DNA of 32,000 nt from Okeania sp. (GCF_035285525.1 NZ_JAYKGW010000129.1:1-32000); one strand, 5' to 3'; counted from the stretch's first letter, positions 18,248-28,283 are shown. The notes: generated by a model from the sequence alone, not told the origin. Numbers and translations are program-made.

Positions 18248-19234
18248 TACTTTTCCTGGATCGACTGGTCTTGCTACTAAAATACCAATAGCACTTTCCA
18301 CATTCCAAATATATTTTGCTAAATCATAAGCAACAGTTACTTTTCCAGAAGGAGAGGCATGAATTAAACCAATATTACCATCAAAATTACGATAAACTAA
18401 GCCAGTATGAGTCACATCTAACCCATTAATTTCTGTCGCTAAAGCAATAATATCTCCTGGTTTTAATTGTGAATAAATACTACTAATTTTATCGTAGGGA
18501 ATATAGTTTGTTTTTAGTTGACTAATACTATCTTCCATATTGACAATACACTGATAATTCTTATTATTTCCAGAAATTTGTGGATAACTCCATCTATTTT
18601 TGCTCATAAAAAAAAATTGTTTATTTAGCCTCTTTCCTCCTAATTCAAAACCGATATCTCTAACATTTCCACGTTTTTGATTATCAGCAATCCACCCAGA
18701 AAAATAATGTAAACGACTACAATATCCATCTATTTTTCCCTCAGAATAACGCTGGTCAATAATATGATTAACAAAAGTCAAATAAGAATAATCTTTGATA
18801 GCTATTCCTCTAGATAATGCCAAAACAGTTTCCACAAATAATACACAATCAAATCCATCCAAACTAATAACTAAAGATTCTTGATTTGATTTATCTAATA
18901 ATCCAGCTTTGTAGGGAGTACCAATAAAATAATCAGCGATCGCCTGCATAATTTCTGCCATAGAAAGTTCAGCTAAATTATGTTTAATAGCATACTCCAT
19001 TACCGGTTTAAACTTCGGGTCTTCTGGAATCTTATTACTTGGTATTTGATTAATTTCTTTTTCTTGTTCACTTTGAATATTCTCATCTTTTTGAGCAGCA
19101 TTAACTAAACTCAAAAAAGACATTGAACTATTTAATAATAGAGGAAAATTGACTGTGTAGAAACCAGTGACTGCTACTGTTAAAATAGTTAACTTTAATA
19201 ATTTTCTCATTTTTTGATTGGTAATTTTAGTCAA
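18236..19234 (-). CDS. DUF1460 (N-acetylmuramoyl-L-alanine amidase-like) secreted protein
   Basis: A signal-like N-terminus begins at ATG 19210 (MRKLLKLTILTVAVTG); TTG 19234 is the track start. DGFDCVLFVETVLALSR and YCSRLHYFSGWIADNQKRG resemble DUF1460. Confidence 0.75.
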   Translation of the reverse strand: MTKITNQKMRKLLKLTILTVAVTGFYTVNFPLLLNSSMSFLSLVNAAQKDENIQSEQEKEINQIPSNKIPEDPKFKPVMEYAIKHNLAELSMAEIMQAIADYFIGTPYKAGLLDKSNQESLVISLDGFDCVLFVETVLALSRGIAIKDYSYLTFVNHIIDQRYSEGKIDGYCSRLHYFSGWIADNQKRGNVRDIGFELGGKRLNKQFFFMSKNRWSYPQISGNNKNYQCIVNMEDSISQLKTNYIPYDKISSIYSQLKPGDIIALATEINGLDVTHTGLVYRNFDGNIGLIHASPSGKVTVAYDLAKYIWNVESAIGILVARPVDPGKVVGE

Positions 19235-19329
19235 GATTTATGCAGAAACCGGGTTGATTAGCAATTTCGTGGTTTGAACAACAATATTATGGCAATAAAC
19301 CCGGTTTCTTGGTTGGTTTGTATAAGCCC
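19234..19329. mobile_element. MITE copy (degenerate)
   Basis: AAGATTTATGCAGAAACCGGGTTGAT...GTGGTTTGAAC...AAACCCGGTTTCT...TGTATAAGCCC parallels 14790-14892. It abuts the DUF1460 start region. Confidence 0.55.
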
Positions 19330-19641
19330 AGTTAGTCTATAAATATGTTATCCTAAATACACCATGTTTCATCTTAGTTTGGTACACCTATTAAAGGCAA
19401 GATGCTTATACATTGGTTTTACCATTAAAGGACTAATTTAGTAAGCATTTAGCAGTGAGTTAATAACCAAGCTAACCTACAGGAGGGATTAAAATTAGCT
19501 GACGATGTTTATTATTTATATCTCACTTTTTAGAGATTAATTTCTCCTGACAAACAGGTAGCTGATGGCTGATAACTGACGGCTGTTGGCGCAGCATGAC
19601 CCAGGAAATGCTTACCTAATTTATGACAACTAATAACTTAA

Positions 19642-20472
19642 ATGACTAACAACTTATCAACATATTTTTTACTATCTCATGGCAGTCGCGACCCAAGACC
19701 AAAGCTAGAATTACAGACTCTAGCTGAACTTTTATCTAGACAAATAATTTTGACTAAAAATTTCACAAATAATTATACATTAAAGTTTCCTATAATTTCT
19801 ACAGGGGTTTTAGAACTAGGGGCAAAACCTTTACATAAACAAATAGAGAATTTTTGGGAATATACACGAGCACTGCACATTAGTCAAATGCAAATAATAC
19901 CTTTATTTCTATTACCGGGAGTTCATGTCACTGAAGATATTCCCACAGAAATTGACATATTCCGAGAACGGGTAAGAGCGATCGCTGCCTCAGAAATGGT
20001 TTCACCAGAAAAAAATAGTAACTTGAAACTGGAAAATAAATTAGAAATTAATGTATTTCCCTATATTGGTTCCCATCCTGAAATGGTAAATTTGCTAGCA
20101 ACTAAAATTACTTCTGTAACTGCTGATGCTTGGATACTCCTTTCTCATGGTAGTCGTCGTCCTAGTGCTAATGAGGTTGTGCAAAAAATATCCCAGTCTC
20201 TTACTAAGAATTACCAAGTTTTGGTATGTAATGCTTATTGGTCTGTTGCCCCTAACCTTGAGTCTAGAGTGGAAATGTTGATGAGACAGGGATATCGAAA
20301 AATTGGTGTTTTGCCTTACTTTTTGTTCAATGGCGGTATTACTGATGCGATCGCGAATACTGTTAATCAACTTTCCCAAAAATATCCTGATGTTAAGTTT
20401 CATCTGACTGCTCCCCTTGGTGCAACTGAAGAATTAGCAAAATTAGTTTTAGACCTGATTAACTTGTTGTAG
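19642..20472 (+). CDS. cbiX: Sirohydrochlorin chelatase, double CbiX domain
   Basis: Each of the two halves starts with LLSHGSRDP or LLSHGSRRP. PLFLLPGVHVTEDIP and LPYFLFNGGITD are typical CbiX/SirB motifs. Confidence 0.85.
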   Translation: MTNNLSTYFLLSHGSRDPRPKLELQTLAELLSRQIILTKNFTNNYTLKFPIISTGVLELGAKPLHKQIENFWEYTRALHISQMQIIPLFLLPGVHVTEDIPTEIDIFRERVRAIAASEMVSPEKNSNLKLENKLEINVFPYIGSHPEMVNLLATKITSVTADAWILLSHGSRRPSANEVVQKISQSLTKNYQVLVCNAYWSVAPNLESRVEMLMRQGYRKIGVLPYFLFNGGITDAIANTVNQLSQKYPDVKFHLTAPLGATEELAKLVLDLINLL

Positions 20473-20475
20473 TAG

Positions 20476-20514
20476 AGCCTTCGAGGCTGTAACAACCTGG
20501 AAGGTTGTGTCACC
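20476..20514. terminator. Double-hairpin palindromic element just after the cbiX stop
   Basis: AGCCT-TCG-AGGCT (20476-20488) is followed by ACAACCT-GGA-AGGTTGT (20492-20508). The same element occurs inverted at 28199-28240. Confidence 0.5.
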
Positions 20515-20553
20515 CAGACAAGTTACGACTATTCCCTATTCCCTAATTATTAT

Positions 20554-22959
20554 ATGAAATCATCTACACCAACAGAAAAAGACCTTGTGTTAATAGGAGG
20601 CGGTCATAGTCATGCGATCGCCATCCACAAATTTGCCATGAACCCCATACCAGGAGTCAGACTAACTCTGCTCACAGATGTCTATCACACTCCCTACTCC
20701 GGAATGTTACCTGGATATGTGGCAGGTTTATACAACTTCGACCAATGTCACATCGACTTGCGTCCCCTCGCCAAATTTGCTAGCGCTCGAATATTTGTAG
20801 ACCGTGCTATAGGTTTAGACCTGAAGAAAAATCAGGTATTTTGTGCTAACCGTCCCCCTGTAAATTTTGACTTACTTTCCATTGATATTGGTAGCACTCC
20901 CGCGAGTTTGACTGTACCGGGAGCAACAAAATATGCCATTGCAGTCAAACCGATATCAAAATTTCTCACTTATTGGCATCAAATAACAACAATGGTTTCT
21001 GCATCTCCCAACCAGAAAATTCGCATTGGTATAGTTGGTGGTGGTGCTGGAGGAGTAGAGTTAGCTTTCTCGGTGCAAAGTCATCTCCATCAGATTTATC
21101 GTCATGCTCAACAACCTACCGATAATTTAAAATTACATATATTTCAGCGAGGAACTAAATTATTACCAGACCGTCAGCGTTGGGTAGGAAAACAGGTTGA
21201 GAAAATTTTGAGAAGTCGGGGAGTGGTTTTGCATTTACAGGAAAATGTTGGGGAAGTCGCAAATAGCGATTTTACCAGGGAGGTGCCAGACACTGATTTG
21301 GTCTCAGATGCACCCATGAATAGTGAAAAAACTAAACTAAAAAGCGAGCGTGATTTGGTTACGGATGTGAAAATCAATGAAACTCCTCATTTTTTGTACT
21401 CCACTCCGAAAATGGTTCGTTGTGATTCAGGGTTAGAAGTAGAATGCGATATTCTATTTTGGGTGACTCAAGCATCCGCAACTCCTTGGTTACAACAAGC
21501 AGGTTTAGCAACTGATGCCAGAGGTTTTATTTTAGTCAATGAGAAATTACAATCAATTTCCCATCCCCAAGTTTTTGCAGCAGGAGATGTGGCAACAATG
21601 GTTAACCATGCTCGCCCCAAAGCTGGTGTGTTTGCGGTGCGACAAGGAAAACCTCTGTTTGAAAATCTACACCGCGCTCTCCTGGGAAAACCACTCAAAT
21701 CATTTATACCTCAGAAAAATTTCCTAATTTTGATTGGTACTGGTGACGAACAGGCGATCGCTTCTCGTGGTCAAATAGGTTTTGGTCCTCATCGTTTCCT
21801 TTGGCGTTGGAAAGACAATATTGACAGTAAATTTATCGATCGATTCTCCAATCTCACAATGGCAGCAAAAACCCAAAAGGGAGAAAACCGAATGCAATGT
21901 GCTGGTTGTGGAGCCAAAGTTGGTAGTCGAGTTTTGGAAAATGTGCTGCACCAAATTTCCCAGAAAGTCAAGAGGGCTGATATTTTGATGGGTATAGATA
22001 ATCCTGATGATGCAGCCGTGGTGAGAGTGCCAACCGATAAAGTAATGGTGCAAACGATAGATTATTTTCCGGCATTAGTCGATGACCCTTATTTGTTAGG
22101 AAAAATTACAGCTAATCATTGTTTGAACGATTTATTTGCTATGGGGGCGACAGCTCAAAGTGGGTTAGCGATCGCTACTATTCCCTATGCGACTCCAACT
22201 AAACAGCAGGATACTTTATATGAATTATTATTGGGAGCAACAGAAGTTTTCAATCAAGCGGGTGCTGTATTAATAGGTGGTCATACAACCGAGGGAGAAG
22301 AACTTGCTTTTGGTCTCACTTGTAATGGTTTAGCATCACCAGAAAAACTATTGTACAATAGAGGGATGCAACCAGGAGATGTGCTGATATTAACAAAACC
22401 TTTGGGAACCGGAACATTATTTGCTGCGGATATGCGCCTCAAAGCAAGGGGACGTTGGATAGAAAGTGCTATTAGCTCGATGTTGATTTCTAATCAAAAT
22501 GCTGCTCAGTTGTTATTGGAGTATGGTGCAACTGCTTGCACCGATGTGAGTGGGTTTGGATTAGTCGGACATTTGGGAGAAATGGTGAAAGGGCAAAAAG
22601 TTGCTGTGGAGTTGGAACTGGAGACTATTCCTGTGTTGCCAGGGGTAATTGAAACTTTGGCACAAGGTATTTTTAGTTCTCTGTATCCAGAAAATCTACA
22701 ACTGTTTGCATTAATTGAAAATCAGGAAGAGGGAAGTCGCCATCCTCTTTATCCATTGTTGTTCGATCCGCAAACTTCTGGTGGTTTGCTAGCGACGATA
22801 CCTGCTGAGTTAGCGAGTCCTTGTTTAAAGGCGTTGCAACGGGAATATCCTGAAAGTAGGATGATTGGGCGAGTGTTATTGTGGGAAAGTGGAATGCTGC
22901 CAATTAAAATTAACACAGAATTATCAATTAAAATAGTAGGGGCGGATTTCAAAAGTTAG
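20554..22959 (+). CDS. selD: Fusion of an FAD/NAD(P)-dependent pyridine nucleotide-disulfide oxidoreductase-like domain with selenide, water dikinase SelD
   Basis: The N-terminal half has LIGGGHSHA and GIVGGGAGGVELA dinucleotide-binding motifs plus AAGDVA. The C-terminal half starts MQCAGCGAKVGSRVLENVL (SelD GCGxK motif with Cys and Lys) and continues with the PurM-like fold (DDAAVV, GGHTTEG, TDVSGFGLVGH). Confidence 0.85.
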   Translation: MKSSTPTEKDLVLIGGGHSHAIAIHKFAMNPIPGVRLTLLTDVYHTPYSGMLPGYVAGLYNFDQCHIDLRPLAKFASARIFVDRAIGLDLKKNQVFCANRPPVNFDLLSIDIGSTPASLTVPGATKYAIAVKPISKFLTYWHQITTMVSASPNQKIRIGIVGGGAGGVELAFSVQSHLHQIYRHAQQPTDNLKLHIFQRGTKLLPDRQRWVGKQVEKILRSRGVVLHLQENVGEVANSDFTREVPDTDLVSDAPMNSEKTKLKSERDLVTDVKINETPHFLYSTPKMVRCDSGLEVECDILFWVTQASATPWLQQAGLATDARGFILVNEKLQSISHPQVFAAGDVATMVNHARPKAGVFAVRQGKPLFENLHRALLGKPLKSFIPQKNFLILIGTGDEQAIASRGQIGFGPHRFLWRWKDNIDSKFIDRFSNLTMAAKTQKGENRMQCAGCGAKVGSRVLENVLHQISQKVKRADILMGIDNPDDAAVVRVPTDKVMVQTIDYFPALVDDPYLLGKITANHCLNDLFAMGATAQSGLAIATIPYATPTKQQDTLYELLLGATEVFNQAGAVLIGGHTTEGEELAFGLTCNGLASPEKLLYNRGMQPGDVLILTKPLGTGTLFAADMRLKARGRWIESAISSMLISNQNAAQLLLEYGATACTDVSGFGLVGHLGEMVKGQKVAVELELETIPVLPGVIETLAQGIFSSLYPENLQLFALIENQEEGSRHPLYPLLFDPQTSGGLLATIPAELASPCLKALQREYPESRMIGRVLLWESGMLPIKINTELSIKIVGADFKS

Positions 22960-23208
22960 TTAACGAGTTTTCTTAGTTAACGAGTTTTCACCCAAAAATT
23001 AACTCAACTCGCCCCCTACCCCCACATTAACAGTAGGGGCGGGTTTCAAAAGTTAGTTAACGAGTTTTCTTAGTTAACGAGTTTTCACCGAAAAATTAAC
23101 TCAACTCGCCCCCTACCCCCACATTAAAAATAGGGGCGGGTTTCAAAAGTTAGTTAACGAGTTTTCACCGAAAAATTAACTCAACTCGCCCCCTACCCCT
23201 ACATTTAC
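22936..23208. repeat. Tandem array of three units (97, 98 and about 77 bp)
   Basis: The unit is GTAGGGGCGG.TTTCAAAAGTTAGTTAACGAGTTTTC(TTAGTTAACGAGTTTTC)ACC.AAAAATTAACTCAACTCGCCCCCTACCCCCACATTAA. Units start at 22936, 23033 and 23131, and the third lacks the internal 17-bp duplication. Unit 1 encodes the last seven codons and the stop of the SelD fusion. Confidence 0.85.
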
Positions 23209-23243
23209 CCGTCAATGCCATATTTTGATGTTGCAGAAAAGAG

Positions 23244-23298
23244 GGCGGGTTTAGATCAATCTGAGATTAAACCGAGAAATTTTTGCTCAAACCCGCCC
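23244..23298. terminator. Hairpin between convergent genes
   Basis: GGGCGGGTTT at 23244-23253 pairs with AAACCCGCCC at 23289-23298, a perfect 10-bp stem with a long loop. It ends one base before the DUF89 stop codon. Confidence 0.45.
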
Positions 23299-24585
23299 CT
23301 ACGTTCTTGTGCCTTCCTTTGGTATGACAAACTGAATTACACTCCACTGACCATTAGTCAACCATGAAGGATCTTGTTCATCTAATATTTCAATTTGGTC
23401 TGGTTCTAACCCAGTTGCTACTTCTGACTTCAGGGTACGCAAAGCCACAAATGGTGTGGGAAAATAATTAGCAATATCTGACAAAGAAGTAGTAAATAAC
23501 CAGTGGCGATCGCCCAAAATACGGCGATAGTTAGCATCTCCTTTAATCAAAACCAAACTAGCTTTAGCTAACTCTTCCCTTAGAGACTGTGGCATTTCCC
23601 AAAAAGCTAGAGGAGCATTCCAAAAAAAGTCTTCTCGGCAAATTAAACGACCAGAAGCAATATATTCTTGTAAGCGAGTTGCCAACATTCCGACATTTTC
23701 TGAAACATCATTAGCTAATCTTTCTAGAGTGTAAAAGACATCCTGACTCATAGCATCAGACACAAAAGTTGGGTGTGCTTTCAAATGTAGGTAAACAGTA
23801 TCGACAGTCTGAGTAGATAAAAGGAAGTCTATCAGAAAAAAATCACAAACTAACTCAAAACTAGCGTTATCTATAATTAGATCGATACGTTTTCCATGGA
23901 TATTGTTTAAGTAGTTGAGCAGATCGTAGGTATGATCTATTAATATATGAGTTTGTTGTTGGTGCAGATCTCTATTAGTATCATCTCCTCCTCTAGCTGA
24001 CCATAAACTGAGATCGACTTGATTACCCCATAAAGCAGTTTGCAGCAAAGTAGTTATACAAGTTTGATAATTTTCTGGTTTTGATAAAGCATGGAAGTAA
24101 TATTGTTGTGTCACAGTCAGACTATCTTGCTCCCTAATGCTAGCGCGCACACTAATTCCTCGGATAGCATTCATTGATTTTTCTAGACTTGAGCGTTTTT
24201 GATAACCAAATGGATCTACCCCTTGCCAAATTCCAGGTACAAAATAATTCGTTGCTTCTAATAAACGTCGGAAGAAATAAGTTTCAGCAAAATAAAAGGG
24301 TACATCAAACCAACTTTTACCCTCAAAAGGTTTTATATAGGACGAATTCCAAGCAACTAGATCTGGCGCTTGGTCGTCTATCAAGGGGCGCACCCATCCA
24401 GCAAATATTTCTTCTGCTAAAGATTCTAATTCTTGCACAATAACTGGAGGAAAATCATTGTCTTGGAAAATTTGTTCGATGACACCTGGTAGTCTGGAAG
24501 TTATCGTATAATGAGCAAATGTATTTTCTACTGAAGGCATTACTGGTAAAGGTAATAACAAGTCGGAGGTTTCAAATTTATTCAT
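23299..24585 (-). CDS. DUF89 / ARMT1-family damage-control phosphatase
   Basis: IKGDANYRRILGDRHW and the IDNASFELVCDFFLIDFLL region match the DUF89 family as I remember it. Confidence 0.75.
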   Translation of the reverse strand: MNKFETSDLLLPLPVMPSVENTFAHYTITSRLPGVIEQIFQDNDFPPVIVQELESLAEEIFAGWVRPLIDDQAPDLVAWNSSYIKPFEGKSWFDVPFYFAETYFFRRLLEATNYFVPGIWQGVDPFGYQKRSSLEKSMNAIRGISVRASIREQDSLTVTQQYYFHALSKPENYQTCITTLLQTALWGNQVDLSLWSARGGDDTNRDLHQQQTHILIDHTYDLLNYLNNIHGKRIDLIIDNASFELVCDFFLIDFLLSTQTVDTVYLHLKAHPTFVSDAMSQDVFYTLERLANDVSENVGMLATRLQEYIASGRLICREDFFWNAPLAFWEMPQSLREELAKASLVLIKGDANYRRILGDRHWLFTTSLSDIANYFPTPFVALRTLKSEVATGLEPDQIEILDEQDPSWLTNGQWSVIQFVIPKEGTRT

Positions 24586-24595
24586 ATATTTATAG

Positions 24596-24674
24596 GGAGT
24601 AGGGAATAGGTAATAGGCAATAAGTCATAGGTAGGCAATAGGCAATAGGCAATAGGCAATAGGCAATAGGTAAC
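24596..24674. repeat. Heptamer array, five perfect AGGCAAT units plus degenerate flanks
   Basis: Perfect copies span 24633-24667. Degenerate GGGAGTA/GGGAATA/GGTAATA units lie upstream. Confidence 0.85.
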
Positions 24675-24983
24675 AGAAAAGAAGAAAAATAACTGTAATA
24701 TCATCTCAGGATAATCATTGATAGAACTCCGTTCCGCGCTCCGCGACCAAAAAACCTTTTCCCTTTAAACCTTTCTTTTCCTTCTCTTCTACCTTCCTTA
24801 TAATTAGGGTTTGCTGATTAAATATAAAAGGATTGACAGATCAAAGTTTTAGCCATTTTATGTCTTGAAAAAGTACCAGCTTTTTAGGTTGATAGAGCTG
24901 AAAAAGTGAGCATTTTGGGGTAACGCGAGGCAGAAAAATTAAGAGACTATTCTTCTGACTACCTACTCCATAAATCCCATTTA

Positions 24984-25015
<32 letters not shown>

Positions 25016-25466
25016 CTCCCTTACTAAAAGACTTTTTCAACCCCTAATATTAAGATGCCTCTTAGTAATTCTTCTTAATTTATAGTATTATTTTATACGG
25101 ATTTTTTTCACAACTATCTATATGGTCTACTTTTTTATTTTTAATAAATGTGATGGCTGTAAATTAAAGCAAATTTTGTCTGAGTGAAATACTATAGAAG
25201 CTCTAACCATATCTTTATAAAAATGTGGATTTTTGTAAGATCGGAGTCAACCCACCCCTAACCCCGACCGTAGAGGGGAAAAAGGTAGAAAAATAGCTCC
25301 CCATCTCCCCATCTCGCACACCTCCCACACTCCAATCCCGGATTAAGCTATATGATGATTGTATATAGATTCTACAATAATCTAAAATATAGCTATAGCT
25401 ATAGCTGTCAGGATTAACATCAAAAAAACTGTTGCTTTGTCCAAAAAATATTAATAGTCATACCGA

Positions 25467-28070
25467 ATGTCCAATATTTACTTTGATTCTGAAAACAATT
25501 CCAAATCCTTCGAGTTACCAGGTGCAAGGCCACATTATAACCCCGACCGTCCAGGTCAAGTAGAACATATTTTCCTTGACCTAGAACTTGACATACCTAA
25601 CAAAAGTTTTCAAGGAACTTGTACCATCAGCTTAAATCCTGTCAGAAGTAATATTGATAAATTAACTCTTGATGCAGTTGACCTAGAAATTAATTCTGTT
25701 AAAATCAACGACACAGAACAAGCTTTTGACTATGATGGCAAAGAATTAGAAATTTATCTACAGCCAGTTACTACAATCGGCGAACAAATTAAGGTGGCGA
25801 TCGCTTACGGTGTAAATAACCCCCAACGAGGTATATATTTTATAGCTCCCGACAAAAATTACCCAGACAAACCCACCCAAGTTTGGACTCAAGGTGAAGA
25901 CGAAGATTCTCGTTTTTGGTTTCCCTGTTTCGACTATCCTGGTCAATTATCAACTTCAGAAATTCGCGTTAAAGTACCCAATAAATTTCTTGCCATTTCC
26001 AATGGTGAACTTATCCAAACTGAAGAAAGTGGAAATGATAAAATTTATCACTGGATGCAAAAACAAGTTCATCCTACATATTTAATGACTTTAGCAGTAG
26101 GTAAGTTTGCCGAAATTCAAGATGAATGGAATGGTATACCTGTAACCTATTATGTAGAGAAAAAACGTCAAGAAGATGCTCAACGCACTATGGGCAAAAC
26201 TCCGCAAATGATAGAATTTTTTAGTCAAGAATTTGGCTATAAATATCCTTTTCCTAAATATGCTCAAGTTTGCGTTAGTGATTTTATTTTTGGCGGTATG
26301 GAAAATACCTCCACAACTTTATTAACAGACAGATGTTTATTAAATGAAAAAGCGGCTTTAGATAACCGTAGTTCCGAAAGTTTAGTTGCTCACGAACTCG
26401 CCCATCAATGGTTTGGAGATTTAGTCGTAATTAAACATTGGTCTCATGCTTGGATAAAAGAAGGAATGGCTTCCTATTCAGAAGTATTATGGACAGCAAA
26501 AGAATATGGTAAAGATGATGCTGCTTATTATATTTTGAAAGAAGCTCGAAATTATATTGCTGAGGATAAAGGTCGCTATCGTCGCCCCATGGTGACTAAT
26601 GTTTATCGAGAACCAATCGAACTTTATGACCGCCATCTTTATGAAAAAGGTGCTTGTGTTTATCACATGATTAAAACAGAATTAGGAGCAGAATTATTTA
26701 CTAAAGCAATTCATAATTTTGTGCAAAGTAATGCTCATAAAACTGTAGAAACTATTGATTTATTAAGAGCAATTGAACAGGCAACAGGAAGGAATTTATC
26801 ATTCTTATTCGATCAATATGTTTTTCGGGGTGGTCATCCAGATTATAAAGTAAATTATGCTTGGGATGGTGAAAATAAATTAGCCAAAATTACTGTCGCT
26901 CAAATCATAGTTAAAAATGACAAAAATAGTAATCTAAGTAAACAATTATTTGACCTAAAAATTCCCATAGCTTTTGGTTATATTAAAGACGAAGAACCAG
27001 AATTAATTAACTTTACTGTGGGGGTACACGAACAGGAACAAACTTTCTATTTCCCCCTCTCAGAAAAACCAAAATTCATTAGTTTTGATGTGGGTAATAA
27101 TTATCTAAAAACAGTTAAATTAGAATACCCATTAGCAGAACTAAAAGCACAATTACAATACGATCCAGATCCCATATCTCGTATTTATGCTGCTGAAGCA
27201 CTAGGGAAAAAAGGGGGTTTAGAAACTATGAAAGTGCTGGCAAAAGCATTAATAAATGAACCTTTCTGGGGTGTACGTCTTGAGATAGCAAAGCAACTAG
27301 GGAAAATTAAATTAGACCAAGTTTTTGAGAATTTAGCTCTAGGTTTAAAAGACAAAGATGCTCGCGTGCGTCGTGCGGTAGTGGAAGCACTAACGGAAAT
27401 CAAAAACCCCAAAAGTTATAAATTATTGAAATCTATAGTCAAAGATGGGGATGACAGTTATTATGTAGAAGCTGCTGCGGTTTCTGCAATTGGAAATATT
27501 GGTAGTGCCAATGCTAACTCTGATGACAAACTCACTGAAGAAAAAGCAATTAAGTTATTGAAGTGGGTATTAAAAGAGAAAGAAGGTTGGAATGAGGTGG
27601 TGCGCTGTAGTGCCATATCAGGTTTGAGTAAAATCAAGACTTCCGAAACTGCTCTGAATTTGATTTTGAAATACACTGCTTTGGGTGTACCGCAATCATT
27701 ACGTTTGACTTCTATTCGTGTTTTGGGAACTATTTCCACTGCTCAGTCTCCGATTAATTTAGAACGAATTTTGCAGCGACTGACAGAATTATCACGGGAA
27801 ACATTTTTCTTAACTCAGATGTCTGTAGTTGCTGCTTTATCGCAAATGGAAACTGCTGGAGCCATTGGAATATTGCAGAGTATAGCTGAACAGAGTCCTG
27901 ATGCCAGAGTGCGTCGTCGAGCCGAAGAAGCAGTACAAAGAGTGCAGAAAAATATTGGTTCAGATAAAGCGTTGAAACAATTGCGTAATGAAGTAGATAA
28001 GATGAAAAAGGAAAATCAGGAATTGAGGAGTCGTTTGGAAAATTTGGAAGCGAAAGCAAAAGAAAGTTAG
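25467..28070 (+). CDS. pepN: M1-family aminopeptidase N with a C-terminal HEAT-repeat extension
   Basis: The exopeptidase motif is GGMEN. The zinc motif HELAH-X18-E is present (HELAHQWFGDLVVIKHWSHAWIKE). The C-terminus has HEAT-like repeats (ARVRRAVVEAL, DARVRRRAEEAV) and a terminal coiled coil. Confidence 0.9.
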   Translation: MSNIYFDSENNSKSFELPGARPHYNPDRPGQVEHIFLDLELDIPNKSFQGTCTISLNPVRSNIDKLTLDAVDLEINSVKINDTEQAFDYDGKELEIYLQPVTTIGEQIKVAIAYGVNNPQRGIYFIAPDKNYPDKPTQVWTQGEDEDSRFWFPCFDYPGQLSTSEIRVKVPNKFLAISNGELIQTEESGNDKIYHWMQKQVHPTYLMTLAVGKFAEIQDEWNGIPVTYYVEKKRQEDAQRTMGKTPQMIEFFSQEFGYKYPFPKYAQVCVSDFIFGGMENTSTTLLTDRCLLNEKAALDNRSSESLVAHELAHQWFGDLVVIKHWSHAWIKEGMASYSEVLWTAKEYGKDDAAYYILKEARNYIAEDKGRYRRPMVTNVYREPIELYDRHLYEKGACVYHMIKTELGAELFTKAIHNFVQSNAHKTVETIDLLRAIEQATGRNLSFLFDQYVFRGGHPDYKVNYAWDGENKLAKITVAQIIVKNDKNSNLSKQLFDLKIPIAFGYIKDEEPELINFTVGVHEQEQTFYFPLSEKPKFISFDVGNNYLKTVKLEYPLAELKAQLQYDPDPISRIYAAEALGKKGGLETMKVLAKALINEPFWGVRLEIAKQLGKIKLDQVFENLALGLKDKDARVRRAVVEALTEIKNPKSYKLLKSIVKDGDDSYYVEAAAVSAIGNIGSANANSDDKLTEEKAIKLLKWVLKEKEGWNEVVRCSAISGLSKIKTSETALNLILKYTALGVPQSLRLTSIRVLGTISTAQSPINLERILQRLTELSRETFFLTQMSVVAALSQMETAGAIGILQSIAEQSPDARVRRRAEEAVQRVQKNIGSDKALKQLRNEVDKMKKENQELRSRLENLEAKAKES

Positions 28071-28198
28071 TGTGATTTTTCGGGAACCGTGTATTTTGCT
28101 CGTGATTAGGGGCGTTTGCGGAGCATTCCGTCAGGAAATGTTATTCGCCCTTATACTTTACATACAAGCTCCCTAGAAGGTTTAGGCTACCAGGATTT

Positions 28199-28240
28199 GG
28201 TAACACAACCTTCCAGGTTGTTACAGCAAACGAAGGCTGT
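28199..28240. repeat. Inverted copy of the 20476-20514 palindromic element
   Basis: GGTAACACAACCTTCCAGGTTGTTACAGCAAACGAAGGCTGT is close to the reverse complement of the element after cbiX. It lies about 130 nt after the pepN stop. Confidence 0.6.
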
Positions 28241-28283
28241 GTTACACTGGATAGAGATTAATCCTCAAAAGTGCCGTAATTCA

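Noticed and set aside
19235-19641. Cobalamin or other riboswitch upstream of cbiX
   Set aside because: I could not find a B12-box-like conserved core. Part of the region is a degenerate MITE copy, and the rest shows no recognisable riboswitch motif.
22936-23208. Possible CRISPR array
   Set aside because: The units are about 98 bp and directly abut each other with no unique spacers. No cas genes or leader are present. It is a plain tandem repeat.
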